The translations under genes and the position numbers were made by a program. A model generated the notes under the pieces. It searched no databases and was not told the DNA's origin. It saw nothing but the letters and a program-made list of their open reading frames with translations. From NCBI GenBank assembly GCA_004284765.1, contig NQJD01000040.1:1-21875 (forward strand): a stretch of DNA of 21,875 nucleotides, written 5' to 3'. The stretch comes from Candidatus Electronema aureum (GTDB taxonomy: Bacteria; Desulfobacterota; Desulfobulbia; Desulfobulbales; Desulfobulbaceae). The number at the start of each line of letters is the position of its first letter. Within the stretch, counting starts at the first letter, position 1. Below are positions 7,768 through 15,487 of the stretch, piece after piece.

Positions 7768-8841
7768 ATGAGCATACAATATCGGATTGAACCGAATCCA
7801 CTCACCACGCCCCCATCCTACCGCATTCAAGCCGTGCCGCGCAACACCGCAGGCTATGCGGAGATGGCCGCTGACATCTCGTCGGCGCAGCCCATCTACA
7901 GTCCTGAGACCATCAGCAGCCTTGCCCCGCTGATCATGAAATGGATTCAGCAGCGGCTCATCAGCGGCGACAAAGTGACCTTGGAGGAGGCGTTCAGCTA
8001 CTATATCTCCTTCACCGGCAAGTTGGACAGCCCGGACGAGCCACTGCCAGAAGATGACGATATACTTCAGGTTAATGTGCGCGTGTCCCAGCCTTTTGTG
8101 AAAGAGATACGGCATCAGGCCAAACTTGAGCGGCTGCCCATGACCGAGAAGCTGCCCGTGATCACATCGACCGAGGACACCAAGCTCAAGCTGGCTGACG
8201 TGCTGTTCGCAGGTGGCGTGCTCAAGTTGACTGGCAGCAATCTCCTCTTTGATGAGAGCAGCCCGGACTGCGGTTGCGTGCTGGAAGGGACACGGAGCGG
8301 GCGGCAGAAGCAGAGCACCTACGCCTCGGTCGCCAACAGCGGCATACTGCTGGTGCCAGACATTCCTGTGCAGGATAATCCCTGGAATAACGAATACACG
8401 GTCACGCTCACCACCCAGTACAGCGAACACGGCACTCTGCGTAGCGGCACCAGCCGCCGGAAGCTGCGCTCGCCCCTGACCGTGCCGCTCTTCGGCCACC
8501 CGCATCCGCCAGAGACAGGGATACTGACCGGCAATGCCACTGCCCCGTATGTGAAGATCACTGGCGGCACGGTCTCAGCAGACGAAATGCTGCGCATTCA
8601 GGCGGTGATTGATTCCCGCAGCGGCCTGCTGCTGCTCAATTTGCTCGACATGGAAGAGGGCGGCAAGACAGGCGCGACTGTGACAGTCACCGCCAATGGG
8701 ACATACACCTTGGGCGGATTTGCAGGCTCGGCAGTGACCAGCTTAGAGCTGAAGGTGGAGAATCTTGCGGCGTTAGTCAGCCTGATCAGGAATAGCTATG
8801 CAGGCAGGATGGTGGATATTCTGGATATAAGTATGGCGTAA
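7768..8841 (+). CDS. HU-like (HU-HIG type) DNA-binding domain + DUF4469-like Ig-fold domain protein with ~110-aa unassigned C-terminal extension
   Basis: 357-aa ORF with GGAGA RBS. The N-terminus 'YRIEPNPLTTPPSYRIQAVPRNTAGYAEMAADIS....ETISSLAPLIMKWIQQRLISGDKVTLEEAFSYYISFTGKL' is followed by 'LPVITSTEDT...GGVLKLTGSNLLFDESSPDCGCVLE....ILLVPDIP....YTVTLTTQYS'. This matches my recollection of the Bacteroidota HU + DUF4469 architecture. I have not verified it by search. Confidence 0.6.
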   Translation: MSIQYRIEPNPLTTPPSYRIQAVPRNTAGYAEMAADISSAQPIYSPETISSLAPLIMKWIQQRLISGDKVTLEEAFSYYISFTGKLDSPDEPLPEDDDILQVNVRVSQPFVKEIRHQAKLERLPMTEKLPVITSTEDTKLKLADVLFAGGVLKLTGSNLLFDESSPDCGCVLEGTRSGRQKQSTYASVANSGILLVPDIPVQDNPWNNEYTVTLTTQYSEHGTLRSGTSRRKLRSPLTVPLFGHPHPPETGILTGNATAPYVKITGGTVSADEMLRIQAVIDSRSGLLLLNLLDMEEGGKTGATVTVTANGTYTLGGFAGSAVTSLELKVENLAALVSLIRNSYAGRMVDILDISMA

Positions 8842-8846
8842 GACAG

Positions 8847-8872
8847 GAGGCAGCTCTTGGGCGAGCTGCCTC
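8847..8872. terminator. Hairpin between convergent genes (possible bidirectional terminator)
   Basis: GAGGCAGCTC (8847-8856) / GAGCTGCCTC (8863-8872) with a 6-nt loop. There is no clear T-tract on either side. Confidence 0.4.
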
Positions 8873-8889
8873 AGTGGTAGAATCAGCAC

Positions 8890-9546
8890 TCAGGCTGCAT
8901 GGGCATGTTGCCAACGCGAGGCTTTCTCTTTCTTGATCTTGATGATTCTGGACCAGCCATAGTTGACTGATTTTACCTCAACGCTGGCATACCCCATTCT
9001 GTTGATGTATTGAATATACTTGTCGAGAGGGAAATAGACCCGGAAGCCGAGCTTTCTTTCCACTCGTTGCAGGAAGTCGTAATCAGCAAATTTTCGTAGT
9101 GTCTTCTTTTGACTGAAATGGTTAACGATGATCACCTCGCCACCTTCTTTGCAAACGCTAAAGGCTTTTTCCAGCAGGACTTCTGGGTTCGGCGTGACCG
9201 AAAGCACGTACATGATGATCACTTTGTCGAACTGATTCTGTTGGAATGCCATCTCCTCTGCATTTTCTATCTTGAGCTGCACGTTGGTCAAAGAGTATCT
9301 GTTGACCCGTTCCTTGGCCTTCTCCAGCATCTCTTTCGACAGATCAATACCGACGATATCCACTGTGCGTGGATATTTAATCAGACTGATTCCGGTTCCC
9401 ACTCCCACTTCCAGCACTTTCTCGTTACCATTGAGGGAAATCATTTTCAGTGCTTCGTTACGCCCATTCTCGAAAACAAGACCGAATATCTTGTCGTAAA
9501 CAGCAGAATACTGATTATAGACTTTCTCTACGCCATGTTTGTTCAT
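8890..9546 (-). CDS. Class I SAM-dependent methyltransferase (UbiE/PmtA-like)
   Basis: 218-aa ORF with SAM motif I 'VLEVGVGTGISL', then 'VGIDLSKEML' and 'FDKVIIMYVL'. The N-terminal 'YDKIFGLVFENGR' resembles phospholipid N-methyltransferase-type enzymes, which is a recollection only. The gene is visibly lower in GC than its neighbours. Confidence 0.8.
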   Translation of the reverse strand: MNKHGVEKVYNQYSAVYDKIFGLVFENGRNEALKMISLNGNEKVLEVGVGTGISLIKYPRTVDIVGIDLSKEMLEKAKERVNRYSLTNVQLKIENAEEMAFQQNQFDKVIIMYVLSVTPNPEVLLEKAFSVCKEGGEVIIVNHFSQKKTLRKFADYDFLQRVERKLGFRVYFPLDKYIQYINRMGYASVEVKSVNYGWSRIIKIKKEKASRWQHAHAA

Positions 9547-9651
9547 AATAGATTATTGCGTTGGACGGGTATCTTGTGCCGCCCTTCTGATGTGTTGACG
9601 GTATATAGGTCTATTCTGTTGCGTGCCGCAGAAAACAAACCATGCCTTCCT

Positions 9652-10551
9652 TCAATTTGAACATACTGTGCGCTGCCGCAACAGCACCATCTCACCTTCG
9701 CCTTTGAGTATTCCCGGAGCTAACTGCTGCCGCTCGGTGACGTGCTTGGCCACTTCAGCGCACTTGACCGTGAAGAGAAAAAAGATCGGGGCAGATACCT
9801 CAGACAGGGTTTCAAAATTACCCATGCCCTTGCTGATGATGATGTCTGCCGCCTGGAAATGCGCCTGAAACTCTTCGCTGCACTGTGCCAACGGTGTGCC
9901 AGGGCAGGCGGTGCCGTTACTGATCACCAGACAAAGCCTGTCCAACCCACAGAGGCGGGCATCCTCTAACGTGGCATCGTTGATGATGGGAAAGCCGCGC
10001 ACCGCTGCTGTGACCTGGCAGCCAAGCCGCTGAAGTTGCTCAATCAGCAGGGCATCAAAGACGATCTCGCCGCAGTTATCGCAGAGATAGAGAATCTTGC
10101 GCCCGGCCTTGCTGATTGCCTCCTGCAAGGCCGGATAATCGTCGATTGCAAATTCCCGCTGAAAGCAGTCCTGCATGGTCTGGGCCGCATCAAACGTATG
10201 CTGGGCAGCGTAATCAATAATATTGCCGCCAATTGCTGCTTGTACTGCCGCCCGCAGCGGATCGTCCGCCGCCGCAATCTGTGCTCTGATTGCATCGCGC
10301 AAGGACAAGGCCAGCTCGTTGCTTTCCCGCTTGACGCGAGCAAAGGGATCGCGGCTACCCAACACACGAGCAAACGTCTCGTAAAGCGCAATGGCGTTTT
10401 CCGGCGGGGAAAGATTGGTATCTGCCGCTGCGATGAACCGGCCAGCCTCGTTGCAAAGACACCGCTGCGTGGCCACATCAGCCCCAGCCAGCAGTCCGGT
10501 TGAACGAGCCTGTTTCATGAAGCAAACTAAGCAGTCAAGGGTGGTCTGCAT
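9652..10551 (-). CDS. DUF89 family protein (damage-control phosphatase, ARMT1-like)
   Basis: 299-aa ORF with N-terminal 'LDCLVCFMKQA' (family CxxC start), 'ILYLCDNCGEIVFD' and 'IISKGMGNFE' motifs characteristic of DUF89. Confidence 0.8.
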   Translation of the reverse strand: MQTTLDCLVCFMKQARSTGLLAGADVATQRCLCNEAGRFIAAADTNLSPPENAIALYETFARVLGSRDPFARVKRESNELALSLRDAIRAQIAAADDPLRAAVQAAIGGNIIDYAAQHTFDAAQTMQDCFQREFAIDDYPALQEAISKAGRKILYLCDNCGEIVFDALLIEQLQRLGCQVTAAVRGFPIINDATLEDARLCGLDRLCLVISNGTACPGTPLAQCSEEFQAHFQAADIIISKGMGNFETLSEVSAPIFFLFTVKCAEVAKHVTERQQLAPGILKGEGEMVLLRQRTVCSN

Positions 10552-11306
10552 GATCTTTTCGTCTCTTGGAGGAGCAAATATTCAGCCCGAACATTGCCCA
10601 GCGCGGCAAATATCTGCTCACGGCTGCCGGGAAGCTGCGCGTAAATATGCTGCAACAAGTCTCTGATATCTTTCCGCCGGGTCTGCTCGGCTAACGGACA
10701 CGTTGCAGGCACCGGCTCCAATCCCAACCGTTTGCCGATGGCGCGGATTTCCTCTTTCTCTAAATACGCTAAAGGTCGGATCAGGGCGATTCTGCCGGAG
10801 AACAGCTCTTGCTTGGGCCGCATAGTGCTGATATTGCCGCCAGACGTGAGGTTGATGAAAAAGGTCTCAACGATGTCGTCGCGGTGATGGCCAAAAGCTA
10901 ACTTGCCGCAGTCGCTCTGCCGGGCCTGCTCAAAGAGCTGCCGTCGTCGGTTGCGGGCGCAACGATGGCACAATCCTGCTGGGTCTGCGCCTTCCTCCAG
11001 CACTACTGGCTGCTCCGCAGGCAGAATTTGACAGGCAATGCCAAGTGCTGCTAACTGCGCTGCTGTCTGCTCTGCCCTGTTGCTATGTCGTCCGTTGTCA
11101 TCAGGCTGCATGTCAATATGCACCACCTCTACTTCGTAAGCAATCGGAGCTTTTCTCTGCCAATAATGCAACAGCCACGCCAGCACCAGTGAATCAATCC
11201 CGCCGGAAACCGCTGCCAGCACTCGATCGCCGTCAGCCAGCATCCCGTAATCCAGCATCGCTTGGGCCACGCGCCGGTTCTCTCCGACAGAAAGAATGCG
11301 TTTCAC
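10527..11306 (-). CDS. ttcA: tRNA 2-thiocytidine biosynthesis protein TtcA family (PP-loop ATPase)
   Basis: PP-loop 'SGGIDS', 'CHRCARNRR' Cys pair, 'GHHRDDIVETFF' and 'IRPLAY' are present. The ORF track extends to 11486, but that extension overlaps the upstream lipoprotein gene. I place the start at GTG 11306 (VKRILSVGENRRVAQAMLDYGM, which aligns with the TtcA N-terminus). The start is uncertain; alternatives are GTG 11270 and ATG 11258. Confidence 0.8.
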   Translation of the reverse strand: MKRILSVGENRRVAQAMLDYGMLADGDRVLAAVSGGIDSLVLAWLLHYWQRKAPIAYEVEVVHIDMQPDDNGRHSNRAEQTAAQLAALGIACQILPAEQPVVLEEGADPAGLCHRCARNRRRQLFEQARQSDCGKLAFGHHRDDIVETFFINLTSGGNISTMRPKQELFSGRIALIRPLAYLEKEEIRAIGKRLGLEPVPATCPLAEQTRRKDIRDLLQHIYAQLPGSREQIFAALGNVRAEYLLLQETKRSCRPPLTA

Positions 11307-11320
11307 GTCATGCGCAAAGA

Positions 11321-11956
11321 TTATTGCTTCCCAACAAGAAAGGAACAGTCGTTTAACTGTTCGCGTAAATTCTGCGAGAGGAGCTGTTCCGCCTTTACCC
11401 AAGTAAAGGAGTTTTCCGCACTGAGGCGAAACTTGAGTAAGTTGCTCATGAGCGGCTCTTGCTCTTCGTCCACTCTGCCACGACACAAAACCGTGCCTTC
11501 TGGCAGAGCCAACAGTCGGTACGAGAACGACACGGATGAAGGCTCTTTGGCCGTATATTCGCCACCAATCCGCTCTTTGTAGCGGTGCAGCGTGGTTTCC
11601 AGAATCGCATTGCAGCCTGCTTTTTCCGCTGCTGCCTTGGCTCCGGCCAACGATGTCCTTGGTTTGCCCGCTTCCTCAGCTTGTTCATCGCTGATCATGC
11701 GAATGTCTGTCCTGCTGCCAAAATAATCCCGCAGAGCTTGGTTCAGAGCTGTTGTGCCCTCATGCAGCGTTTTTTCTTCTCCCTCTGTCGACTTCCGGTC
11801 CAGATCAGTACCTTGGACTGCGGGCAGCACTGCCGCACAGCTCAGAGTAAAATCAGGCAACTGTGGTTCAGGCTGGGCTGTTGTTCCACCGCAGCCGCCG
11901 GACATTGCCGTCAGCCCCAGCAGTCCTGCCGTGATGATACGTCTCGTTGCGTTCAC
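11321..11956 (-). CDS. Probable lipoprotein of unknown function
   Basis: AGGAGGAG RBS, then GTG at 11956. The signal peptide 'VNATRRIITAGLLGLTAMSGGC' has a lipobox-like Cys. The longer tracked ORF (to 12289) runs through tRNA-Gly and is rejected. Confidence 0.65.
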   Translation of the reverse strand: MNATRRIITAGLLGLTAMSGGCGGTTAQPEPQLPDFTLSCAAVLPAVQGTDLDRKSTEGEEKTLHEGTTALNQALRDYFGSRTDIRMISDEQAEEAGKPRTSLAGAKAAAEKAGCNAILETTLHRYKERIGGEYTAKEPSSVSFSYRLLALPEGTVLCRGRVDEEQEPLMSNLLKFRLSAENSFTWVKAEQLLSQNLREQLNDCSFLVGKQ

Positions 11957-12005
11957 GCCGCTCCTCCTGAAGTGTAAGTCTCTCTCCTGCCGCCTTTGCC
12001 GAGCA

Positions 12006-12034
12006 ATAATATTCCGATGGCCTGCGCTTGGCAA
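12006..12034 (-). promoter_or_regulatory. Putative sigma70 promoter for the lipoprotein-ttcA-DUF89 cluster
   Basis: On the minus strand: TTGCCA (12034-12029), 17-nt spacer, TATTAT (12011-12006). Confidence 0.55.
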
Positions 12035-12100
12035 GAATTGCTTGACCAGCCTGCGTTTTTTCTTGTGCGAGAAGAAAAAAGCAGTCCTGCATTTTTTCTG

Positions 12101-12130
12101 TTGACAGCAGGGGTGTGGTTTTGATATAGT
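12101..12130 (+). promoter_or_regulatory. Putative sigma70 promoter for tRNA-Gly
   Basis: TTGACA (12101-12106), 18-nt spacer, TATAGT (12125-12130). It ends 18 nt upstream of the tRNA 5' end. Confidence 0.5.
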
Positions 12131-12147
12131 TCCACCGTTTCGTAAGA

Positions 12148-12222
<75 letters not shown>

Positions 12223-12236
12223 TATTTGAACAACGC

Positions 12237-12268
12237 AAGGTTCGGACGCTGTTCGAACCTTTTTTTAT
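12237..12268 (+). terminator. Rho-independent terminator after tRNA-Gly
   Basis: AAGGTTCG (12237-12244) / CGAACCTT (12254-12261) followed by a T-run (TTTTTTTATT). Confidence 0.6.
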
Positions 12269-12287
12269 TACACATTGAGGCGCGTAC

Positions 12288-12719
12288 ATGAAAACGTATT
12301 ATACGCCGGTGGACGAGATAGACCGCAAATGGTTTGTTGTTGACGCGGACGGCAAAGTTCTCGGTCGGATTGCCACGGAAATTGCTGATCGGCTGCGCGG
12401 CAAGCACAAGCCAACCTTCTGCAATTTCCAGGACAACGGCGACTTCATTATTGTTGTCAACGCAGAGCGGGTGCATCTGACCGGCAAAAAATGGGACGAC
12501 AAGACTTACTGGCGGCATACCGGCTGGCCAGGTGGTATTAAAAGTCGGACGGCCAAGGAAGTTAGGACTAAGTCCCCGGAAGAGCTAATCATGATGGCGG
12601 TCAAAGGCATGTTGCCCCATAACAAGATGGGCGCGGCGCAGCTGACGAAGCTCAAGGTTTATGCTGGAGCCGAACATCCCCACCAGGCACAGCAGCCTGA
12701 ACTTCTGGATATAAAATAA
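12288..12719 (+). CDS. rplM: 50S ribosomal protein L13
   Basis: 143-aa ORF with 'RKWFVVDADGKVLGRIATEIADRLRGKHKP' and 'GDFIIVVNAE', canonical L13 sequence. Confidence 0.97.
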   Translation: MKTYYTPVDEIDRKWFVVDADGKVLGRIATEIADRLRGKHKPTFCNFQDNGDFIIVVNAERVHLTGKKWDDKTYWRHTGWPGGIKSRTAKEVRTKSPEELIMMAVKGMLPHNKMGAAQLTKLKVYAGAEHPHQAQQPELLDIK

Positions 12720-12728
12720 CGGATCATC

Positions 12729-13121
12729 ATGGCAAACGAGCAGATATACGCCACCGGCAAACGGAAGAGCGCGATCGCCAGAGTCTGGATCACGCGCGGT
12801 ACAGGCAGTGTGGCTGTCAACAAAATGACTCCGCAGGATTATTTCGGTAATATTTTCTTTGAGCCGAAAGTAGCCCAGCCTTTTGCAGTTACGGAGACAG
12901 CAGAGCAGTACGATGTCAAAGCCACTGTTCAAGGCGGCGGCAAAACAGCTCAGGTAGATGCGTTGGTACATGGTATCTCTAAGGCTCTTCAGACCATGAA
13001 TCCTGAACTGCGCGACGCGCTGAAGAAGGCAGGTCTCTTGACCCGTGATTCTCGAGTCAAAGAGCGGAAGAAGTACGGCCAGCGCGGTGCTCGCGCTCGC
13101 TTCCAGTTCTCCAAGCGTTAA
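12729..13121 (+). CDS. rpsI: 30S ribosomal protein S9
   Basis: 130-aa ORF with '[15 protein letters not shown]', 'GGGKTAQ' and the C-terminal '[25 protein letters not shown]', canonical S9 sequence. Confidence 0.97.
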   Translation: MANEQIYATGKRKSAIARVWITRGTGSVAVNKMTPQDYFGNIFFEPKVAQPFAVTETAEQYDVKATVQGGGKTAQVDALVHGISKALQTMNPELRDALKKAGLLTRDSRVKERKKYGQRGARARFQFSKR

Positions 13122-13162
13122 CTGGACGGACTGCGGCACTTCTGCATCTCGCATTTTTTGCT

Positions 13163-13201
13163 GGGGAACAACGAGCGAACTCTCGTTGTTCCCCTTTTTT
13201 T
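13163..13201 (+). terminator. Rho-independent terminator after rpsI
   Basis: 13-bp perfect stem GGGGAACAACGAG / CTCGTTGTTCCCC with a 6-nt loop, followed by TTTTTTT. Confidence 0.85.
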
Positions 13202-13224
13202 ATTTGCTGAACAAGGAGCGCATC

Positions 13225-14265
13225 ATGCTGAACGTTGGCATCATCGGGGCCTCCGGCTACACCGGCGTTGAACTGGCCCGCATTCTCTCGATCCATCCTG
13301 AAGTCAAGCTGACCGTGGCCACTTCACGTCAGTATGCGGGCAAACCGCTTTCCGCCGTCTTTCCTAACTTGCGCAAGCGGGTGGATTTGCTCTGCGAGGA
13401 CTTGACCCCGGAGCAGCTTGTTGACCGCGCCGATTTCTTTTTCGCCGCTGTGCCGCATAAGACTGCCATGGCCCTTGTGCCGACGCTTCTGGCGGCTGGC
13501 AAGAAGGTCGTTGATCTGAGTGCGGATTTCCGCATCCGCGATGCCGCAGTGTACGAGCAGTGGTATCAGCCGCACACATGCCCGGAGCTGATCGCTGAGG
13601 CTGTCTACGGTCTGCCGGAGCTGTACCGCGAGCAGGTGAAGCAGGCCCGGCTGGTCGCCAATCCTGGCTGCTATCCCACCTCAATCATTCTTGGCCTCGC
13701 TCCGCTGCTGCGCGAAAAGCTGATCGACCCATCCACGTTGATCATTGACTCCAAATCCGGCACCTCCGGCGCAGGACGCTCGGCCAGCGTGGACACTCTT
13801 TATTGTGAGGTGGCCGACGGCTTCCGGGCCTACAAGGTCGGCGGCACGCACCGCCACATCCCGGAGATTGAGCAGGAGCTGTCCGTGCTGGCCGGAAGCG
13901 CAGTGACGATCTCCTTCACCCCGCATTTGCTGCCGATTTCACGCGGCATTCTCAGCACCATCTACGCCACATTGAGCAGCGCAGTCAGCGAGCAGGACAT
14001 TCAGGCGTTGTACGAAAGCGCGTACAAGGACGAGAGCTTTGTCCGCGTCTGCCCTGCCGGAACCTTCCCGGCCACCCAGCATGTGCGCGGCAGCAACTGC
14101 TGTGACATCGGCGTGAAGGTTGATGCCAGAACCGGGCGGGTTATTGTCATGTCGGCGATTGACAACATCGCCAAAGGCGCGTCCGGTCAAGCAGTGCAGA
14201 ATATGAACCTCATGAACGGCTTTGCCGAAGACTGCGCCATCCGAGGAGCCGCTTTCTTCCCGTGA
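13225..14265 (+). CDS. argC: N-acetyl-gamma-glutamyl-phosphate reductase
   Basis: AAGGAG RBS (13213-13218), then ATG at 13225. Motifs '[17 protein letters not shown]', 'NPGCYPTS' (catalytic Cys) and '[16 protein letters not shown]' are present. The tracked upstream extension to 13045 overlaps rpsI and is rejected. Confidence 0.95.
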   Translation: MLNVGIIGASGYTGVELARILSIHPEVKLTVATSRQYAGKPLSAVFPNLRKRVDLLCEDLTPEQLVDRADFFFAAVPHKTAMALVPTLLAAGKKVVDLSADFRIRDAAVYEQWYQPHTCPELIAEAVYGLPELYREQVKQARLVANPGCYPTSIILGLAPLLREKLIDPSTLIIDSKSGTSGAGRSASVDTLYCEVADGFRAYKVGGTHRHIPEIEQELSVLAGSAVTISFTPHLLPISRGILSTIYATLSSAVSEQDIQALYESAYKDESFVRVCPAGTFPATQHVRGSNCCDIGVKVDARTGRVIVMSAIDNIAKGASGQAVQNMNLMNGFAEDCAIRGAAFFP

Positions 14266-14266
14266 G
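14256..14266. repeat. Core copy 1 of an 11-bp direct repeat CTTCCC[G/A]TGA[G/C]
   Basis: CTTCCCGTGAG spans the argC stop codon. Identical-class copies lie at 15889-15899 and 18025-18035. Confidence 0.75.
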
Positions 14267-14280
14267 GCGGAGGAAGATAC

Positions 14281-14316
14281 GCCTGCGCCTAACCTTTGAT
14301 CCGGGTTGGCGCAGGC
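14281..14316. other. Imperfect 13-bp-stem hairpin at the left edge of the islet
   Basis: GCCTGCGCC(T)AACC (14281-14294) pairs with GGTTGGCGCAGGC (14304-14316), with one bulged T and a 9-nt loop. No T-tract follows. Confidence 0.5.
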
Positions 14317-14320
14317 CGAT

Positions 14321-15100
14321 ATGTCTAACTATTTATCATTAAATGCAATTATGGTTTGCCGTTTATGCCAACAAGACTTGGAACTGAGGAATTCGCATAT
14401 AATTCCTGAGTTGTTATGGAGCAGCATATACAATAAAAAGCACCAAGCTCTTCCTATGTCTATAGGAAACAACAAATTAAAGATAATTCAAAAAGGTATT
14501 CGAGAAAAATTACTCTGTCAAGGATGCGAGACTAAACTTTCAAGATGGGAAAATTCTCTAAAAAGGCATCTCGTAGATTTAGGAGATCTTGCCAGTGATT
14601 TTTTAGAGATAGATCGTATGAATGCTGATCTGATAAGGGTGAAAAATATTGAATACAGGATATTTAAACTGGCGATACTGTCCATATTTTGGAGAATGTC
14701 TGTCTCAACTAATCATGTTTATTCAGATTATCAGTTGGGACCTTACGAAGAGATAATAAGAGATATTTTGTTTACCGAAGCGCATGTACCAGAAAAACAT
14801 TTTCCTGTATTAATTTATAGATACGAATTAGATGGTATGTTTTATCCAGATATTATGATGCATTTTCCTTGTCGTAAATTAGATCAAACCTATACTATTC
14901 AACAGGTTATATTTTATGGACATCTCTTCTGTATCATTATTAATAACAAAAAACTTCCTGTTGATATACAGAAAGAGATTATTCTCAGCGAAACAGGAGA
15001 GATATTCATCAGTGTGAGAAGTTTGGTTGAGCTTGCATCTCCTGTCAGTGTTTTCACAAGACTCCTTGATGATGATGTAAAACGATTTTATGGGAAATAG
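14321..15100 (+). CDS. AT-rich orphan protein with N-terminal CxxC...SHIIPE...CxxC (HNH-like / zinc-ribbon-like) motif
   Basis: The ORF runs 14306-15100. I take the first ATG at 14321, with ATG 14351 (MVCRLCQQ...) also possible. The motif string is 'CRLCQQDLELRNSHIIPELLW....LLCQGCETKLSRWE', and the remaining ~180 aa are unassigned. Hand counts of single lines give roughly 28-38% G+C versus about 55% in argC. Confidence 0.6.
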   Translation: MSNYLSLNAIMVCRLCQQDLELRNSHIIPELLWSSIYNKKHQALPMSIGNNKLKIIQKGIREKLLCQGCETKLSRWENSLKRHLVDLGDLASDFLEIDRMNADLIRVKNIEYRIFKLAILSIFWRMSVSTNHVYSDYQLGPYEEIIRDILFTEAHVPEKHFPVLIYRYELDGMFYPDIMMHFPCRKLDQTYTIQQVIFYGHLFCIIINNKKLPVDIQKEIILSETGEIFISVRSLVELASPVSVFTRLLDDDVKRFYGK

Positions 15101-15175
15101 CGATGGCACTAGACGATATTGAGCTATCACGGCAGGATGGCGGATATTTTTGAGATGGGGATGTGGCACTGCTGA

Positions 15176-15203
15176 TTGACAGCACGATACCATGACATAA
15201 TGC
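15176..15203 (+). promoter_or_regulatory. Possible promoter for the RHH/RelE-like pair
   Basis: TTGACA (15176-15181) with a weak -10 candidate TAATGC (15198-15203) at 16-nt spacing. The -10 assignment is ambiguous. Confidence 0.35.
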
Positions 15204-15229
15204 AAGAACCTCAGCCAAGGAGGCAGGCC

Positions 15230-15487
15230 ATGCTGGCAGGAACGAAAAAACGGCTGGTCATTGAACTCGACCCGCAAGAGCACGGAGCTATCAAAGCGCA
15301 AGCCCTGCGGCTCGGCATTTCTATGAAAGAGTATGTCTTGCGGCAGCTGCGCGACAGGCGGGAGAACCCAGTCTCGGATGATCTGACCGCTGCTCTTGCC
15401 GCTGCCCTTAACGAAGTGAAAGCGCACAAAGAGGGCAAGATGAACGCGCCGCCGGAAAGCGCGCGCGCTTTTTTCAGCAGACTTTGA
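15230..15487 (+). CDS. Ribbon-helix-helix (CopG/Arc-like) antitoxin
   Basis: AAGGAGG RBS (15217-15223), then ATG at 15230. 'KKRLVIELDPQEHGAIKAQALRLGISMKEYVLRQL' fits a beta-strand/helix/helix RHH pattern. The stop overlaps the toxin ATG as TGATG. Confidence 0.7.
   Translation: MLAGTKKRLVIELDPQEHGAIKAQALRLGISMKEYVLRQLRDRRENPVSDDLTAALAAALNEVKAHKEGKMNAPPESARAFFSRL

Noticed and set aside
11307-11486. The N-terminal extension of the TtcA-family ORF.
   Set aside because: It overlaps the 3' end of the lipoprotein gene in another frame. Homology to the TtcA N-terminus begins only around VKRILSVGENRRV.
12051-12084. An A/T-rich 13-bp-stem hairpin (CTGC(G)TTTTTTCTT / AAGAAAAAAGCAG) between the lipoprotein promoter and the tRNA-Gly promoter.
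   Set aside because: No gene on either strand reads into it, so a terminator role is unlikely. I have no evidence for any specific function, so it is noted only as a structural curiosity.
13045-13224. The 60-codon N-terminal extension of argC in the ORF track.
   Set aside because: It overlaps the rpsI 3' end and a strong terminator (13163-13201). The canonical ArgC N-terminus [14 protein letters not shown] begins at ATG 13225, preceded by an AAGGAG RBS.
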